A stretch of DNA of 64,000 nucleotides from a candidate division FCPU426 bacterium (GCA_963771075.1 CAVYSE010000018.1:1-64000), one strand, 5' to 3'; positions 33,197 to 43,921 are shown, numbered from the stretch's first letter. Program-made: numbers and translations. The notes: generated by a model not told the origin, from the letters alone.

Positions 33197-33322
33197 CAAC
33201 CTATTCCCAAAAAAGTGTCGGTTTACAAAAAAATATTTTTTAAAAAACCTCGTTTTCCGATGAAACCCGAAACATTTCTCCTCCGTCCTATTTGCGAAGG
33301 AAAAAACATCGGGAGGCAAGTC

Positions 33323-33544
33323 ATGAAAAAGATCGCTTTAGTTTTGGCTTTGTTGTTAACCCTCGTCTCGACGGGTTCGGCGATGGCGGAAGGGTGGAAT
33401 CGGGAGGTTTATCCCGCTCGGCCTGTGGTTGTTTGCCCCGTGCGGCCGGTGGTTCTGCCGTTGAGGCGGGTAGTGGTGCCGAGGGTCGTTTATTTCCATC
33501 GAGACCACCGCCGGTATGAGATCCGCCGGTGGGATTGCCGGTAA
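33323..33544 (+). CDS. Small secreted Val/Pro/Arg-rich protein
   Basis: GGAGG RBS; signal MKKIALVLALLLTLVSTGSAMA; followed by a terminator. Confidence 0.75.
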   Translation: MKKIALVLALLLTLVSTGSAMAEGWNREVYPARPVVVCPVRPVVLPLRRVVVPRVVYFHRDHRRYEIRRWDCR

Positions 33545-33585
33545 TCAAGTCCATTAAGAAAAGCGCGTTATTTGAATGAGGGCTG

Positions 33586-33622
33586 AAGCGGGAGCGGATC
33601 CAATTCGCTCCCGCTTTTTTTT
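33586..33622 (+). terminator. Rho-independent terminator
   Basis: aagcgggagcgga-tccaa-ttcgctcccgctt plus T tract. Confidence 0.85.
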
Positions 33623-33843
33623 ACCGAAATTTGATTCGTCAGTTAGCGTTTAAAAAAGTTGGAAAACAGCGCTCATAACGTTTTTGCGTTTCTCGTTTCA
33701 CTTTTTTTGTTAGACTGTAGTGAAATAGATGGTCTTTATTTGGGTTTTTTACCGCTAAACATTTAACCGGTTAAATTATTGGGCATAACTATTGCACAAT
33801 TTTTAGCGCGACTTAAAACCTCTTGAAGGAGACGAAAGTCCGA

Positions 33844-34212
33844 ATGGCCAACTCAATCGATCAACGCCGCCACAGCCGCCATAAGACGAAGAAGAATCTT
33901 CAAATCTTTCCGGTCCTCCCCTCAAAATCGGGAAACATCTATGAAGTCCAAAACAAGCCCCTGCCCGCCTCCACCGTTGATATCAGCGAGGGGGGAGCGG
34001 GCCTGGAGATCTCGGCCCGAAGCCTGACACCCCAGAGCCTCCTCAAGTTAACCTTTAAAACGCCATTCCATGAGGAAATAGAGGTTTACGCGAAGATCAT
34101 CTGGTCGGATAAATCCCGTATGGGGGTCCATTTCATTTTGTCCGACCAGGCTGTGTTGAAGGCCATCAAGGAAATCAAAGAAGAAATTCCCGAGGGTGAA
34201 AAAGCCGTTTAG
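33844..34212 (+). CDS. Stand-alone PilZ domain protein (c-di-GMP receptor)
   Basis: RxxxR (RRHSR) and DxSxxG (DISEGG) motifs; ..IIW.....GVHF. Confidence 0.85.
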   Translation: MANSIDQRRHSRHKTKKNLQIFPVLPSKSGNIYEVQNKPLPASTVDISEGGAGLEISARSLTPQSLLKLTFKTPFHEEIEVYAKIIWSDKSRMGVHFILSDQAVLKAIKEIKEEIPEGEKAV

Positions 34213-34393
34213 CGCTTATAACTTGTTCCCTGATTTCAACGAATTTTCATCCTTTGGCCTTTGTTCTTTGTGATGGGCCGTCCCAGGCGTCTTAAAGCCG
34301 CCCCTTTTCCAATCCCATATTCAAAGTTTTATTTTAGTAAAATTTTTGTAAATGGTTTTCCCTTGAGTTTATTTAATAATAAATACATATGTT

Positions 34394-37300
34394 TTGTCGG
34401 CAATTTTACCCACCTCTCTTTATAATCACCCCCCAGTGAACGGTTTTTTGAAGAAAACCGTTTTTCTCAAATTAACGATGGCCAAGCCTTTGATCAGGCG
34501 CGAGGCATTAGGGGACAGGGTGTATTTTCTCGTCCGTCAATTCGGATATCTCAGCGCGGTTTTGATGGTGTTATTGCCCATGACCCCCGCACGGGTATGG
34601 TCGGCGGGGCGGCAACAGCTTCAAGGTCATGTTCCTGAAGAGAGCGTGGCCGCGTCCAGAGTCGGCCCCTTGGACGGGTCGGTTGCATTGAATCTTGTCC
34701 TGGGTCTTCCCCTCCGCGACCAGGACGCACTCCGGGAATTCATCCGCCAAGTCCAAGACCCGCGCAGTCCGAATTACCACCGGTTCCTGTCAAGCGGTGA
34801 GTTCACGGAGAAATACGGTCCTACCGAGGCCGATTATTCGGCCCTGGAATCCTTCGCCCTCTCCAACCACCTGAAGGTGACTTCGACCGCCCCCAACCGT
34901 TTGTTGCTGGGAGTGAGCGCAACGGCGGCTCAGATCCAGAAAGCTTTTGATATCCGGTTGAGCTCGTTCCGGCGCGCGGATGGAAGCCTGTTTTACGCCC
35001 CGGAAAATGAGCCCTCCCTCGACCTGGAGATCCCGGTCCTCCACGTGAGCGGCTTGGACAATTGCCAAAGGGCCCAGCCTCTGGTGCGCGTGAAGGGTTT
35101 TCACCGAGAAAAATCCACGGCGTCCCCGCTTGAAATCACACCCGATGCTTTTAAAAGAAACACAGCCACCCCAACGGCCACCCCGGCCAGCGGTTCAGCT
35201 CCCGCGGGCCTCTTTTGGGGGAAGGATTTCCGTAACGCCTATGTTCCCGGCCTTTGCATGACCGGAACGGGACAATCGGTCGCATTGCTGGAGTTCGAGG
35301 GGTACTATGCCTCCGATATCCAGGGTTATGAGAGCCTGACGGGCCTGCCCAACGTTCCCCTGACAAACGTCCCGGTGGACGGGGCCAGGCTGGACAGTAC
35401 CGATTCCAATGGCATCGTCGAGGTCTCCCTGGATATCGAAATGGTCATCTCGATGGCGCCGGGCCTCTCCCAAGTGCTGGTCTATGAGGCTCCCAATAAC
35501 ACGGCCGACGGGGACGCGCTTTTAAACCAGATCGCCACAGACGACAAGGCCGGGCAGATCAGCTGTTCCTGGACCGGGTTTGGGGACGCCAATACGGTAG
35601 CCATCTTCCTGCAGTTCGCGGCCCAGGGCCAATCCTTCTTCCAGGCGGCGGGGGATAACGGGGCCTATGTGACAGGAGACCCGATTATCAGCGCCCCGTC
35701 TCCCATCAACCTGAGTTCCCAAATCGAAATGACGGTGGTGGGCGGAACGGAACTGACGATGAATGCCCCGGGAAAATCCTACCTTTCGGAAACGACCTGG
35801 AACGCCCCCTTTAACGGCTCCACTTACGCGGGCGGAGGCGGGGTCTGTTCGGGGGTGACGATCCCGAGTTACCAACAAGACCTCACGATGACGGCCAACG
35901 GGGGCTCCACGATTCTGCGGAACATCCCCGATGTTTCCATGAACGCGGATAATATTTTTGTCACGGCGGATAAAAGCTACACGAGCAACACCAATTACTC
36001 CTACTACGGCGTGGTGGGAACCAGCGCCGCGGCGCCCCTTTGGGCAGGCTACCTTGCCCTAGTCAACGAGCAGGGGGCGACGGGCGGGGTCACGGTGGGT
36101 TTCGCCAATCCCAAGCTTTACGCCATCGGCCAGGGAGGGAGCTACGGGAACGATTTTCACGATATCACGACCGGTAACAACAACCTGGATGGAAATCCCG
36201 CCCTCTATTCCGCCGTGACCGGGTATGACTTGGCGACCGGTTGGGGTTCCCCCGCGGGGCAGGGGATTATCAACAGCCTGACGGGTTTGCCGGTCTTTGC
36301 CTGTACCACCTCGCCCACCGTCATCCTGACGACCACGAAAACATCCACCCCCGGCGCTACGCCCACCGCGACCCGGACGGCCTCGAGCACGCCCACCCGG
36401 AGCCTAACACCCACAACGACCCTTTCCCCTACACCGACGGCCACCCCGACCCTTACCAACACGGTGACCCTATCCAACACGCTGACCATTTCCGTCACGG
36501 GAACCTCTACCGCCACATCCACCATCACCCAAACCCCGACCTCGACGGCTACATCCATTTCCACCTCGACCTTGACCAGCAGCGAAACACCCACGCCGAC
36601 TTTCACGGCGACCACTACCATCACTTTGACCTATACGAATAGCTCGACCTCGACCCAAACCCCCTCGCCTACCCCCACCAGCACGGCGACTTCCACTGAA
36701 ACGGGAACCTCGACTTCCACGCCTACCATCACCCTGAGCCCATCCTCGACGGCTACGGCCACTTCCACCTCGACCTTCACCAGCACCATTACCTATACGC
36801 CGACCCATACAGTGACCAACACCATCACCCAGACCTATACGGATACCTCAACTCAAACCTTAACCCCAACACCCACCTTCACCTTCTCTTCGACTTCTAC
36901 CGAAACGGAAACCTCGACCTCCACGCCCAGCATCACCCTGACCCCATCCTCGACGGCTACGGCCACGTCCACCTTGACCTTCACCAGCTCCATTACCTAT
37001 ACGCCGACCCATACAGTCACCAACACCATCACTTTGACCTATACGGATACCTCAACTCCGACACAAACCCTGACCCCCACGCCAACTCCCACTTATTCTT
37101 CAACTTCCACTGAAACGGGAACCTCGACTTCCACGCCTACCATCACCCTGACCCCATCCTCGACGGCTACAGCCACCCCCACCCCAACCTTGACCAGCAC
37201 CGAAACTCCCACGCCGACCTTCACCATCACTTTGACCTATACGGATACCTCGACTCAAACCTTTACCCCCACCCCAACCTTGACCAGCACCGAAACTCCC

Positions 37301-38143
37301 ACGCCGACCTTCACCATTACATTGACCTACACGAATAGCTCAACCTCGACCCAGACCCTCACCTCCACGACAACCCCCACCTTCTCTTTGACATTCACCG
37401 AAACGGAAACAACGACCTACACGCCCAGCATCACCCTGACCCCATCCTCGACGGCTACGGCCACCTCGACCTTCACCAGCACCATTACCTATACGCCGAC
37501 CCAAACAGTGACCAACACCATCACCCAGACCTATACGTATACCTCAACCTCGACCCAAACCCTGACCCCCACGCCAACCCCCACCTTCTCTTCGACATTC
37601 ACCGAAACGGAAACAACGACCTACACGCCCAGCATCACTCTGACCCCATCCTCGACGGCTACATTCACTTCCACCTCAACCTTCACCGGCACAGCGACCT
37701 CGACACCCACGAATATGACTTCTTCCACCCTAACGAATACCCTCACTCCAACGGCCACGGTAACCTTCACCCCGGCTCAAACGAATACGCCCTCTCCCGA
37801 GGCGGCGGTCACCTCGACCCCGACGGCCAGTCCCGTTCCCCCGCTGGGCGGTCCCACGCCGGGCTATTCGGTGGCCCCCAATCTTTCCCGAGGGGGTCAG
37901 TCCATTGTATTTACGGTGGATTTGACGGTGCCTTCTCCCATCATGCTGAACCTTTATGACATGGCCGGCGAATTGGTCTATACCATCACTCTCCAAGGGC
38001 GGGCGGGCGCGAACACTATCGTCTGGAATCTGGTAAACCAATCCGGGCAAAAGGTGGCCAGCGGGCTCTACCTCTACACCATCGAAATTCCCCAGGGCTA
38101 TCCGCTCAAGGCCCCCGTCGGCAAGGTCGTTATCCTCCATTAA
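34394..38143 (+). CDS. Secreted S53 (sedolisin/kumamolisin) peptidase with Thr/Ser/Pro stalk and FlgD-Ig-like C-terminal domain
   Basis: Pro-domain DP.SPNY..FLS..EF...YGP; catalytic EVSLD, AAGDNG, GTSAAAP; GYD.ATGWGSP; about 500-aa T/S/P stalk; CTD ...LYD.AGELV...WN..NQSG.KVASGLYLY...KVVILH. True start probably GTG 34520. Confidence 0.9.
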   Translation: MSAILPTSLYNHPPVNGFLKKTVFLKLTMAKPLIRREALGDRVYFLVRQFGYLSAVLMVLLPMTPARVWSAGRQQLQGHVPEESVAASRVGPLDGSVALNLVLGLPLRDQDALREFIRQVQDPRSPNYHRFLSSGEFTEKYGPTEADYSALESFALSNHLKVTSTAPNRLLLGVSATAAQIQKAFDIRLSSFRRADGSLFYAPENEPSLDLEIPVLHVSGLDNCQRAQPLVRVKGFHREKSTASPLEITPDAFKRNTATPTATPASGSAPAGLFWGKDFRNAYVPGLCMTGTGQSVALLEFEGYYASDIQGYESLTGLPNVPLTNVPVDGARLDSTDSNGIVEVSLDIEMVISMAPGLSQVLVYEAPNNTADGDALLNQIATDDKAGQISCSWTGFGDANTVAIFLQFAAQGQSFFQAAGDNGAYVTGDPIISAPSPINLSSQIEMTVVGGTELTMNAPGKSYLSETTWNAPFNGSTYAGGGGVCSGVTIPSYQQDLTMTANGGSTILRNIPDVSMNADNIFVTADKSYTSNTNYSYYGVVGTSAAAPLWAGYLALVNEQGATGGVTVGFANPKLYAIGQGGSYGNDFHDITTGNNNLDGNPALYSAVTGYDLATGWGSPAGQGIINSLTGLPVFACTTSPTVILTTTKTSTPGATPTATRTASSTPTRSLTPTTTLSPTPTATPTLTNTVTLSNTLTISVTGTSTATSTITQTPTSTATSISTSTLTSSETPTPTFTATTTITLTYTNSSTSTQTPSPTPTSTATSTETGTSTSTPTITLSPSSTATATSTSTFTSTITYTPTHTVTNTITQTYTDTSTQTLTPTPTFTFSSTSTETETSTSTPSITLTPSSTATATSTLTFTSSITYTPTHTVTNTITLTYTDTSTPTQTLTPTPTPTYSSTSTETGTSTSTPTITLTPSSTATATPTPTLTSTETPTPTFTITLTYTDTSTQTFTPTPTLTSTETPTPTFTITLTYTNSSTSTQTLTSTTTPTFSLTFTETETTTYTPSITLTPSSTATATSTFTSTITYTPTQTVTNTITQTYTYTSTSTQTLTPTPTPTFSSTFTETETTTYTPSITLTPSSTATFTSTSTFTGTATSTPTNMTSSTLTNTLTPTATVTFTPAQTNTPSPEAAVTSTPTASPVPPLGGPTPGYSVAPNLSRGGQSIVFTVDLTVPSPIMLNLYDMAGELVYTITLQGRAGANTIVWNLVNQSGQKVASGLYLYTIEIPQGYPLKAPVGKVVILH
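36310..37830 (+). repeat. Intragenic mosaic repeats encoding the Thr/Ser/Pro stalk
   Basis: Block atcaccctgaccccatcctcgacggctac (ITLTPSSTAT) recurs about 5 times; TITYTPT.TVTNTIT 3 times; PTLTSTETPTPTFTITLTYT twice. Confidence 0.85.
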
Positions 38144-38186
38144 CCCCGCCCCTTCGTATGGCGCGGGTGATAAGATAATGTGATTT

Positions 38187-38762
38187 TTGAGAAATCCATT
38201 TTCCAGGTCCCGAGTGCAAAACCGCTTACATATCTACTATGGCTACGGCAAGGGCAAGACCACGGCCGCCCTCGGGCTGGCCCTGCGCTCGCTGGGAGCC
38301 GGAAAAAAAGTGGCGATCGTCCAATTCGATAAGGGCTATGACGGTCAGAACGAGCATTATTCCGAACGAAAAATTCTCCGGTCCCTTCCGCTTGTCCAAC
38401 TCTTCCCCTACGGTAAAGAACGGGTGATTTCCCCAGGCGCTTTTCGTTTCCGAAACGAGCCGGGTGACGAAGAGGAAGCGCGGGCTGGTTTAGCCAAGGC
38501 GGGTGAGCTGATCGAAAAGGGGGAGCAGTACCTCCTCGTCCTGGACGAGATCCTGGCGGCGGTCATGTGCAAGCTATTGACCCGGGATGAGGTGATGGCC
38601 CTTTTGGACCTATACGAAAAGAACAGGCGGTTTGAGCTTGTCCTCACCGGCCACCAGGTTTGGCCCGAATTGGTGGAAAGGGCCGACCTGGTGACTGAAA
38701 TGCGCAAGGAAAAGCACTACTTCGACGCCCAAGAGCCCTCAAAAGAGGGAATCGAGTTTTAA
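38187..38762 (+). CDS. cobO: Cob(I)yrinic acid a,c-diamide adenosyltransferase (CobO/BtuR type)
   Basis: YYGYGKGKTTAALG.A.R..G.G, LVLDE, ELVLTG, ADLVTEM...KHYF. Start may be GTG 38214. Confidence 0.9.
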   Translation: MRNPFSRSRVQNRLHIYYGYGKGKTTAALGLALRSLGAGKKVAIVQFDKGYDGQNEHYSERKILRSLPLVQLFPYGKERVISPGAFRFRNEPGDEEEARAGLAKAGELIEKGEQYLLVLDEILAAVMCKLLTRDEVMALLDLYEKNRRFELVLTGHQVWPELVERADLVTEMRKEKHYFDAQEPSKEGIEF

Positions 38763-38764
38763 GA

Positions 38765-39418
38765 ATGAAATCCATCCCTCTTTCATTTTCTTACCTGATG
38801 GTCGTCCTGCTCAGCGCCCTTGGGATGGGCGGTCACTTCTTTTACCCCGCCTTATTTTTCCCTGCTTTTGCCAACTGGGCGGTGGATCTCTTCTTCGTTT
38901 TGTTGGGTGGTTGTGCCTGTTTTCGGATATTAGCGCGTACTCGGGCCGCCTCTCGCGACAGGCGCAGGGCCCTGGAATGGATGAATCAGGCGTTGTTGAA
39001 GCGCGATGAGGTTAATGCCAAAGAAGGCCCCGCGGCCGCCACGGCGGAAAGGACCCTGTGCCGCTTGATCTCGAATTCCGACATGGATCTCAGGGAGATC
39101 CGGCCCGATTATTCCGAGGAATCCCTCCTCCGGCTGCAGGCTTTCATGCCGGAATTGCTGGAAGAGATCAACAGCGGGACGGACGCGATGATCCGCTTGG
39201 GAGTGGCGGGATCCTACCTGGGCGAGACCGCCTGCCGTAACTGGGGGTGGAAATGGAAGTTCCGCTCGGAACCCTCGCTCAAGCAGTTTGAGTACCTGGT
39301 TTCGTCCCTCGACCGCGCGGGAGAACAGGTGGATCCCTTCCGACTGGCCTTGAACCTATTTACCGGCCTTTCGAAGGCTCGCGGTATCATCGCAACCCTC
39401 AAAAAGGAAGACTTGTGA
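38765..39418 (+). CDS. Hypothetical membrane protein
   Basis: Two N-terminal TM helices plus a soluble domain with DYS.ESL..L and GSYLGE....WG.KW; tightly packed with its neighbours. Confidence 0.7.
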   Translation: MKSIPLSFSYLMVVLLSALGMGGHFFYPALFFPAFANWAVDLFFVLLGGCACFRILARTRAASRDRRRALEWMNQALLKRDEVNAKEGPAAATAERTLCRLISNSDMDLREIRPDYSEESLLRLQAFMPELLEEINSGTDAMIRLGVAGSYLGETACRNWGWKWKFRSEPSLKQFEYLVSSLDRAGEQVDPFRLALNLFTGLSKARGIIATLKKEDL

Positions 39419-40062
39419 AACGATTGAAATGGGCCGCGGTCCTCCTTTGTGTTCCCGCTTGGGGCCAAAACCCGGCGCCCGCACCCCTGATCCAATTCAC
39501 CAGTATGATCGCGCCCGCCCAGTACATTCATGACCATAACACCGCCCAGATCGGAGCCTTGAGGCGCCAGCGTTTTCACGGCCACAGCCAGCACACCCCG
39601 GGCCTGACCATCGCCGACGAGGAATTGAAAAGTAATTACGAGATGGAAACCCTGCGCCGGTCGGGAAGCGCCATTTATGAGGTTTGGGCTAAGGCGATCC
39701 ATGTGAGTTTTTCCTACACCCGCATGGATGTCTATATCTCCAACCAATACGGGGAAGGAAGCTGTCCCTACAGGGTTATCCGGGACCATGAAAACCAGCA
39801 TGTGGCCATCAACACCGCCACCCTTCAAAAATACGCGGACGCAATGAACCAGGCCCTGTTGGCTTACGGGGGTTTCCCCACCCAGGACCATCCCTGGAAG
39901 GTGAGATCTCCCAAAAAGGCCCAGGCCCAATTGAAGGGGTTGGTCTTGAAGATCATCAACCCCATTTATAAGCAGTACACCGACGCGGTTATTCGGGCGA
40001 ATGCCCGGATCGACACGCCGGAAAACTACAGGCGTACCCAGGCCCTCTGTCAGGACTGGTAA
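39415..40062 (+). CDS. Secreted protein, DUF922-like putative Zn peptidase
   Basis: Signal peptide; HExxH motif (VIRDHENQHV). Confidence 0.6.
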   Translation: MKRLKWAAVLLCVPAWGQNPAPAPLIQFTSMIAPAQYIHDHNTAQIGALRRQRFHGHSQHTPGLTIADEELKSNYEMETLRRSGSAIYEVWAKAIHVSFSYTRMDVYISNQYGEGSCPYRVIRDHENQHVAINTATLQKYADAMNQALLAYGGFPTQDHPWKVRSPKKAQAQLKGLVLKIINPIYKQYTDAVIRANARIDTPENYRRTQALCQDW

Positions 40063-40268
40063 AAATGTGGTGAAAAAACTAAAGGGAACATCCGAAAATT
40101 AACCGCATGTCAACCTTCGATACGTTTTATGAGGTCGGAATAATTCGGATTTCATTGGTTCTTTGGGCCAAAGGGGTCAGACACCAAGAAAGATTTGTTT
40201 TGATACAGACCACCCCCCTAGAATCAATTTTTAGGTACCCTGAAATCAAAATGGTAATGGCGGTTTAA

Positions 40269-40285
40269 CTTCGCGTCTTCGCGGT
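40269..40285. repeat. Half-site of dispersed palindromic element
   Basis: cttcgcgtcttcgcggt is the exact reverse complement of 55891-55907. Confidence 0.65.
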
Positions 40286-40306
40286 AAATTCCTGGGTTTG
40301 GGCAAT

Positions 40307-40344
40307 AAAAAAGCCCCTGGCGGTTCTTCCGCCAGGGGCTTTTT
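40307..40344. terminator. Bidirectional Rho-independent terminator
   Basis: aaaaaagcccctggcgg-ttctt-ccgccaggggcttttt between convergent genes. Confidence 0.9.
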
Positions 40345-40356
40345 AAAGAGCCGTCC

Positions 40357-40557
40357 TTAGATCTTGCGGACGTTCTCGGCCTTCAAACCCTTCTGGCCTT
40401 GGGCCACGTCGAACTCCACGCGGTCTCCCTCGTTGAGGGTCTTATAGCCATCTGTTTGAATGGAGGAGAAATGTACGAATACATCCTCGCCCCCGTCTTG
40501 GGAAATGAAACCAAAACCCTTCTCGTTCTTAAACCACTTCACAGTACCTTGTGCCAT
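40357..40557 (-). CDS. cspA: Cold-shock protein (CspA family)
   Basis: GTVKWF...KGFGFI, DVFVHFS; 66 aa; GAAAGG RBS. Confidence 0.96.
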   Translation of the reverse strand: MAQGTVKWFKNEKGFGFISQDGGEDVFVHFSSIQTDGYKTLNEGDRVEFDVAQGQKGLKAENVRKI

Positions 40558-40813
40558 GCTGCAACAACCTTTCTACTCATCAAAATTTAACATCTCCCCG
40601 GCCTCTACAAGCGCCCAGGGAAAGAATATTTTAAAAAAAACTTTTTGAAAAGTCATCAAAAAGACCCTTTTTGGCCCTTTTCCGACTTGTTCGATTCTTT
40701 TAATGTTAAATATTTTGAAAAAAACGCAAAAAAAGGGCGCTCGGCCAATTTGGTTCGACACCTTCATAACGAACCAGTGTCTAATCATCCGAACCAACCT
40801 CAAGGAGAATCGC

Positions 40814-43800
40814 GTGAACCTAATCAAAATCCTGGTGCTGGGCCTGATCCTACTGTTTCCGTCCCGGGGCCGTAGCGGGGATTGGAACTGGATCAAGAAT
40901 GGGGATTTCACTTCCAACACCGATTGGAATGGAAATTTTTCCCTCCAGCCGGGGCCTAAGGGCGCCCAAGCGGCCCATCTCGAGAACCCTCAATTTGCCT
41001 GGAACTCGACCGAACAAGAGGTGGCTTTGCCCCAGCCCGCCCCCCCGGCTCTGGAAATTTCAGGCTGGATGAAATGCGAAGACATCGTCCAGGGGCAAAA
41101 GGATTGGGAAAAGTGCCGCATCACCGTGACCTTTTTCGATCCCCATGGGACCCAGGTGGGAGGTTGGCCCTCGGATATCGCGCGTGAAAACGGGACGAAG
41201 GATTGGGCGCTTTATTCCAACCAGTATTCCGTTCCTTCCGGGGCCGCTACCGCCAAGGTGGAGCTCCAACTGGACAATTGCACGGGGAAAAGCTGGTACA
41301 GCGGCCTCAAGATGCTGGTCTATGACTACGACCTGAAGCCCATGCCCGTTGGCGCCGCGCAAACCCATCCTGACCGTAAACCTCCCGCCCGATACAAGAC
41401 CGACAATTGGTTGTTGGACCCCGATTTCGAGGCGCCCGGCTCCACCGATTGGGAACAGGCCCACATCGCGGCTGAGGGGCACCAATCCCTGCATTCCCTC
41501 ATGGTCGAGAACGCGGCCCCTTCCTGGACCCTGCCCGCGCAGGATGTTTCTTTTCAGGGCCAAAAGCCCGCCGCCCTCCTATATGGGGGTTGGATCAAGA
41601 CCGAAGCCGTGACCCCGGGAGTCAACCCATGGGAAGCCGCTCGGTTGGGCCTGGATTTTCGCGACGCCAACAACAAACAGGTGGGCGGCTGGCAAGCCGA
41701 GGCGGCCCAGGTCATTGGCACCACCGATTGGACCTATTACGAAAAGAAATTCGTGGTGCCCCCTGGCGCCGCCGCCGTCCATGTGGACGCTGGGTTGGGC
41801 AACTGCGTTGGGAAGGCCTGGTTCGACGACCTATCGCTGACCCTGCTGGATTCCGACGGTAAAAAAATAATGACCGAACGTCAAACCCAGCAGACCACCG
41901 ACACTTCCGATTGGTACGCCTTCCAGGCCCCGACCTCCGCTTCCGACGCGCCCTTGGACCTTTCCTTCCTCAATGATCGCCCCGCGGGCAAGCATGGTTT
42001 CGTGACGAACCAGGGCGGCCATTTTGTATTCGCCGACGGCGAAAGAGTCCGTTTCTGGGGCACGGATGTGGTGGGCCCCCGGCTTTTCATGCCCCATGAG
42101 GAAACGGATCGGGTGGCGGAACGCATGGCCAAGCTGGGCATCAACCTGGTGCGCCTTCATTTCCTCGACAATAACTGGGGCGAGTCATGTCTTTTCGATC
42201 CCCAAGCCGATAACACCCAAACCTTCAACCCGGACTCGTTGGAAAAGCTGGATTACTTCCTGTCGGCCCTGAAGAAGAACGGGGTCTATGTCTATCCCGA
42301 CTGGTCGGTGGGCCGCAAGTTCCGCGCGGGGGACAAGGTGCCGGGCGCCAATGAACTGGAAGAAGGAGCGAAGACCGTCATCCATTTCAGCCGCCGCGTG
42401 ATCGAGCTCAACAAGAAATACGCCTCCATGCTTCTCTCGCACGTGAACCCCTATACGGGCTTGGCGCTCAAGGACGACCCGGTCTATGTGGGCAATGAGA
42501 TCGTCAATGAATCCTCCATCTTTTGCGGGTTCGGCGAGCAAAAATTCCCCCAGCCCTTCTGGGACGAGCTCCAGCGGTTATACAAGGCCTGGGGCGGGCA
42601 TGGAGCCATCACCCATTTCAAATACGATTGGGATAGCCTTCGGCTATTGCCGACCTTGAACCCGCAGAATGAAAAGGAGAGCCTTAGGTTTCTTCTTCAG
42701 GAAGTGGTGAAGACCAACAAAGAAATGAAGAAATTCCTGGCCCAACTCAGTCCCCACGCCCTCCTGGCGGGAAGCAACATGGGCCTGCCGGTCTTGGGGA
42801 GCATCTACGGAGACTCGGTCATGGACTTCATGGATACCCACGCCTACTGGGACCACCCCCAATACTGGAAGATGCCGGGCGGCTGGGCCGATGTGGACCG
42901 CGCGCCCATGACTAATCAGGCGCAACTATTGAACCCATTCCAGGGTTCGCTTCTGGTCAGCCTGTCCCACGCCGCGGTGGAGGGCAAGGCCTTCATCAGC
43001 ACCGAGTGGAACGACTGCGTGCCCAACGAGTTTCGCATCGAGGGGCCCGTCCTCATGGCGGCCTACGCCAGCCTGCAGGATTGGGACGGGATGCTCCAGT
43101 TCGACTATGGGCCCTCCCTCATCGGGCAGTCGAAGATGACCAATTTCGACATCAACTCCCGCCCGGACAACGAGCCTCTCTATATCGCGGGGGCGCTGAT
43201 CTTCCGGGAGGGCCTGCTCAAGCCATCGCAGGTCCATGTCGTGGAACCCCTAACCGACGAACAAGTTCTTGCCCCTGGAATGAGAAGCGAGTGGCTTTAC
43301 GATCATCCCTGGCTTCCTTATGTGGCCAAGGTGGAAAAGCGATTCGCGGGGCCGGAACCGACCGCCCCGGCGGACCTGTCGGCCATCGAGAAACTCTATA
43401 ACCCCCAAGAAAAGGAGATCGACAGCTCCACGCTGGAAGAAAAGCTTTATTACGGCAGGGGAGTCCTCGCGATTGACAGCCCGATGGCGCAGGGGGTGGT
43501 GGGGGCCATTTCCTCCGCCGATCCCAAACAGGTGGAGGGGAAGACGGGTCTTTGGGTCCACGTGGAAAAGCGTAGCCCCTGGGCGGCCGTCCTGGCGGTC
43601 GCGTTGGATAAAAAGGCACTGGCCCAATCGGCCAAGATCATGGTCTTCGCCGTGGCCCGCGCCGAGAACAGCGGGCAGGTCTACAACCCCAACCGTTCGG
43701 CCTTGAAAAACCCGGGACAAGCACCCGTCTTGATGCAGGGCGTGGAGGGGGAAGTATCCCTGATCGTGGACCCGAACCAAAAGTATCAGGTGGTTCCGTT

Positions 43801-43921
43801 GGATGAGTCGGGCCAGGCGGGGAAGTCCATCCCGGCATCCATTGAAAATGGGGGATTGAAGTTCAAACTCACGCCGAAGGACCACACTTCCTATTACTTG
43901 GTGGAGGCCATCCTAAAGTAA
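40814..43921 (+). CDS. Secreted clan GH-A (GH5-like) glycoside hydrolase with two CBM4/9-like modules
   Basis: AAGGAG RBS before GTG 40814; two NGDF/DPDFE...GT.DW..Y.....VP.GA...G..WFDD modules; GIN.VRLH; acid/base EIVNE; nucleophile STEWN. Confidence 0.85.
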   Translation: MNLIKILVLGLILLFPSRGRSGDWNWIKNGDFTSNTDWNGNFSLQPGPKGAQAAHLENPQFAWNSTEQEVALPQPAPPALEISGWMKCEDIVQGQKDWEKCRITVTFFDPHGTQVGGWPSDIARENGTKDWALYSNQYSVPSGAATAKVELQLDNCTGKSWYSGLKMLVYDYDLKPMPVGAAQTHPDRKPPARYKTDNWLLDPDFEAPGSTDWEQAHIAAEGHQSLHSLMVENAAPSWTLPAQDVSFQGQKPAALLYGGWIKTEAVTPGVNPWEAARLGLDFRDANNKQVGGWQAEAAQVIGTTDWTYYEKKFVVPPGAAAVHVDAGLGNCVGKAWFDDLSLTLLDSDGKKIMTERQTQQTTDTSDWYAFQAPTSASDAPLDLSFLNDRPAGKHGFVTNQGGHFVFADGERVRFWGTDVVGPRLFMPHEETDRVAERMAKLGINLVRLHFLDNNWGESCLFDPQADNTQTFNPDSLEKLDYFLSALKKNGVYVYPDWSVGRKFRAGDKVPGANELEEGAKTVIHFSRRVIELNKKYASMLLSHVNPYTGLALKDDPVYVGNEIVNESSIFCGFGEQKFPQPFWDELQRLYKAWGGHGAITHFKYDWDSLRLLPTLNPQNEKESLRFLLQEVVKTNKEMKKFLAQLSPHALLAGSNMGLPVLGSIYGDSVMDFMDTHAYWDHPQYWKMPGGWADVDRAPMTNQAQLLNPFQGSLLVSLSHAAVEGKAFISTEWNDCVPNEFRIEGPVLMAAYASLQDWDGMLQFDYGPSLIGQSKMTNFDINSRPDNEPLYIAGALIFREGLLKPSQVHVVEPLTDEQVLAPGMRSEWLYDHPWLPYVAKVEKRFAGPEPTAPADLSAIEKLYNPQEKEIDSSTLEEKLYYGRGVLAIDSPMAQGVVGAISSADPKQVEGKTGLWVHVEKRSPWAAVLAVALDKKALAQSAKIMVFAVARAENSGQVYNPNRSALKNPGQAPVLMQGVEGEVSLIVDPNQKYQVVPLDESGQAGKSIPASIENGGLKFKLTPKDHTSYYLVEAILK

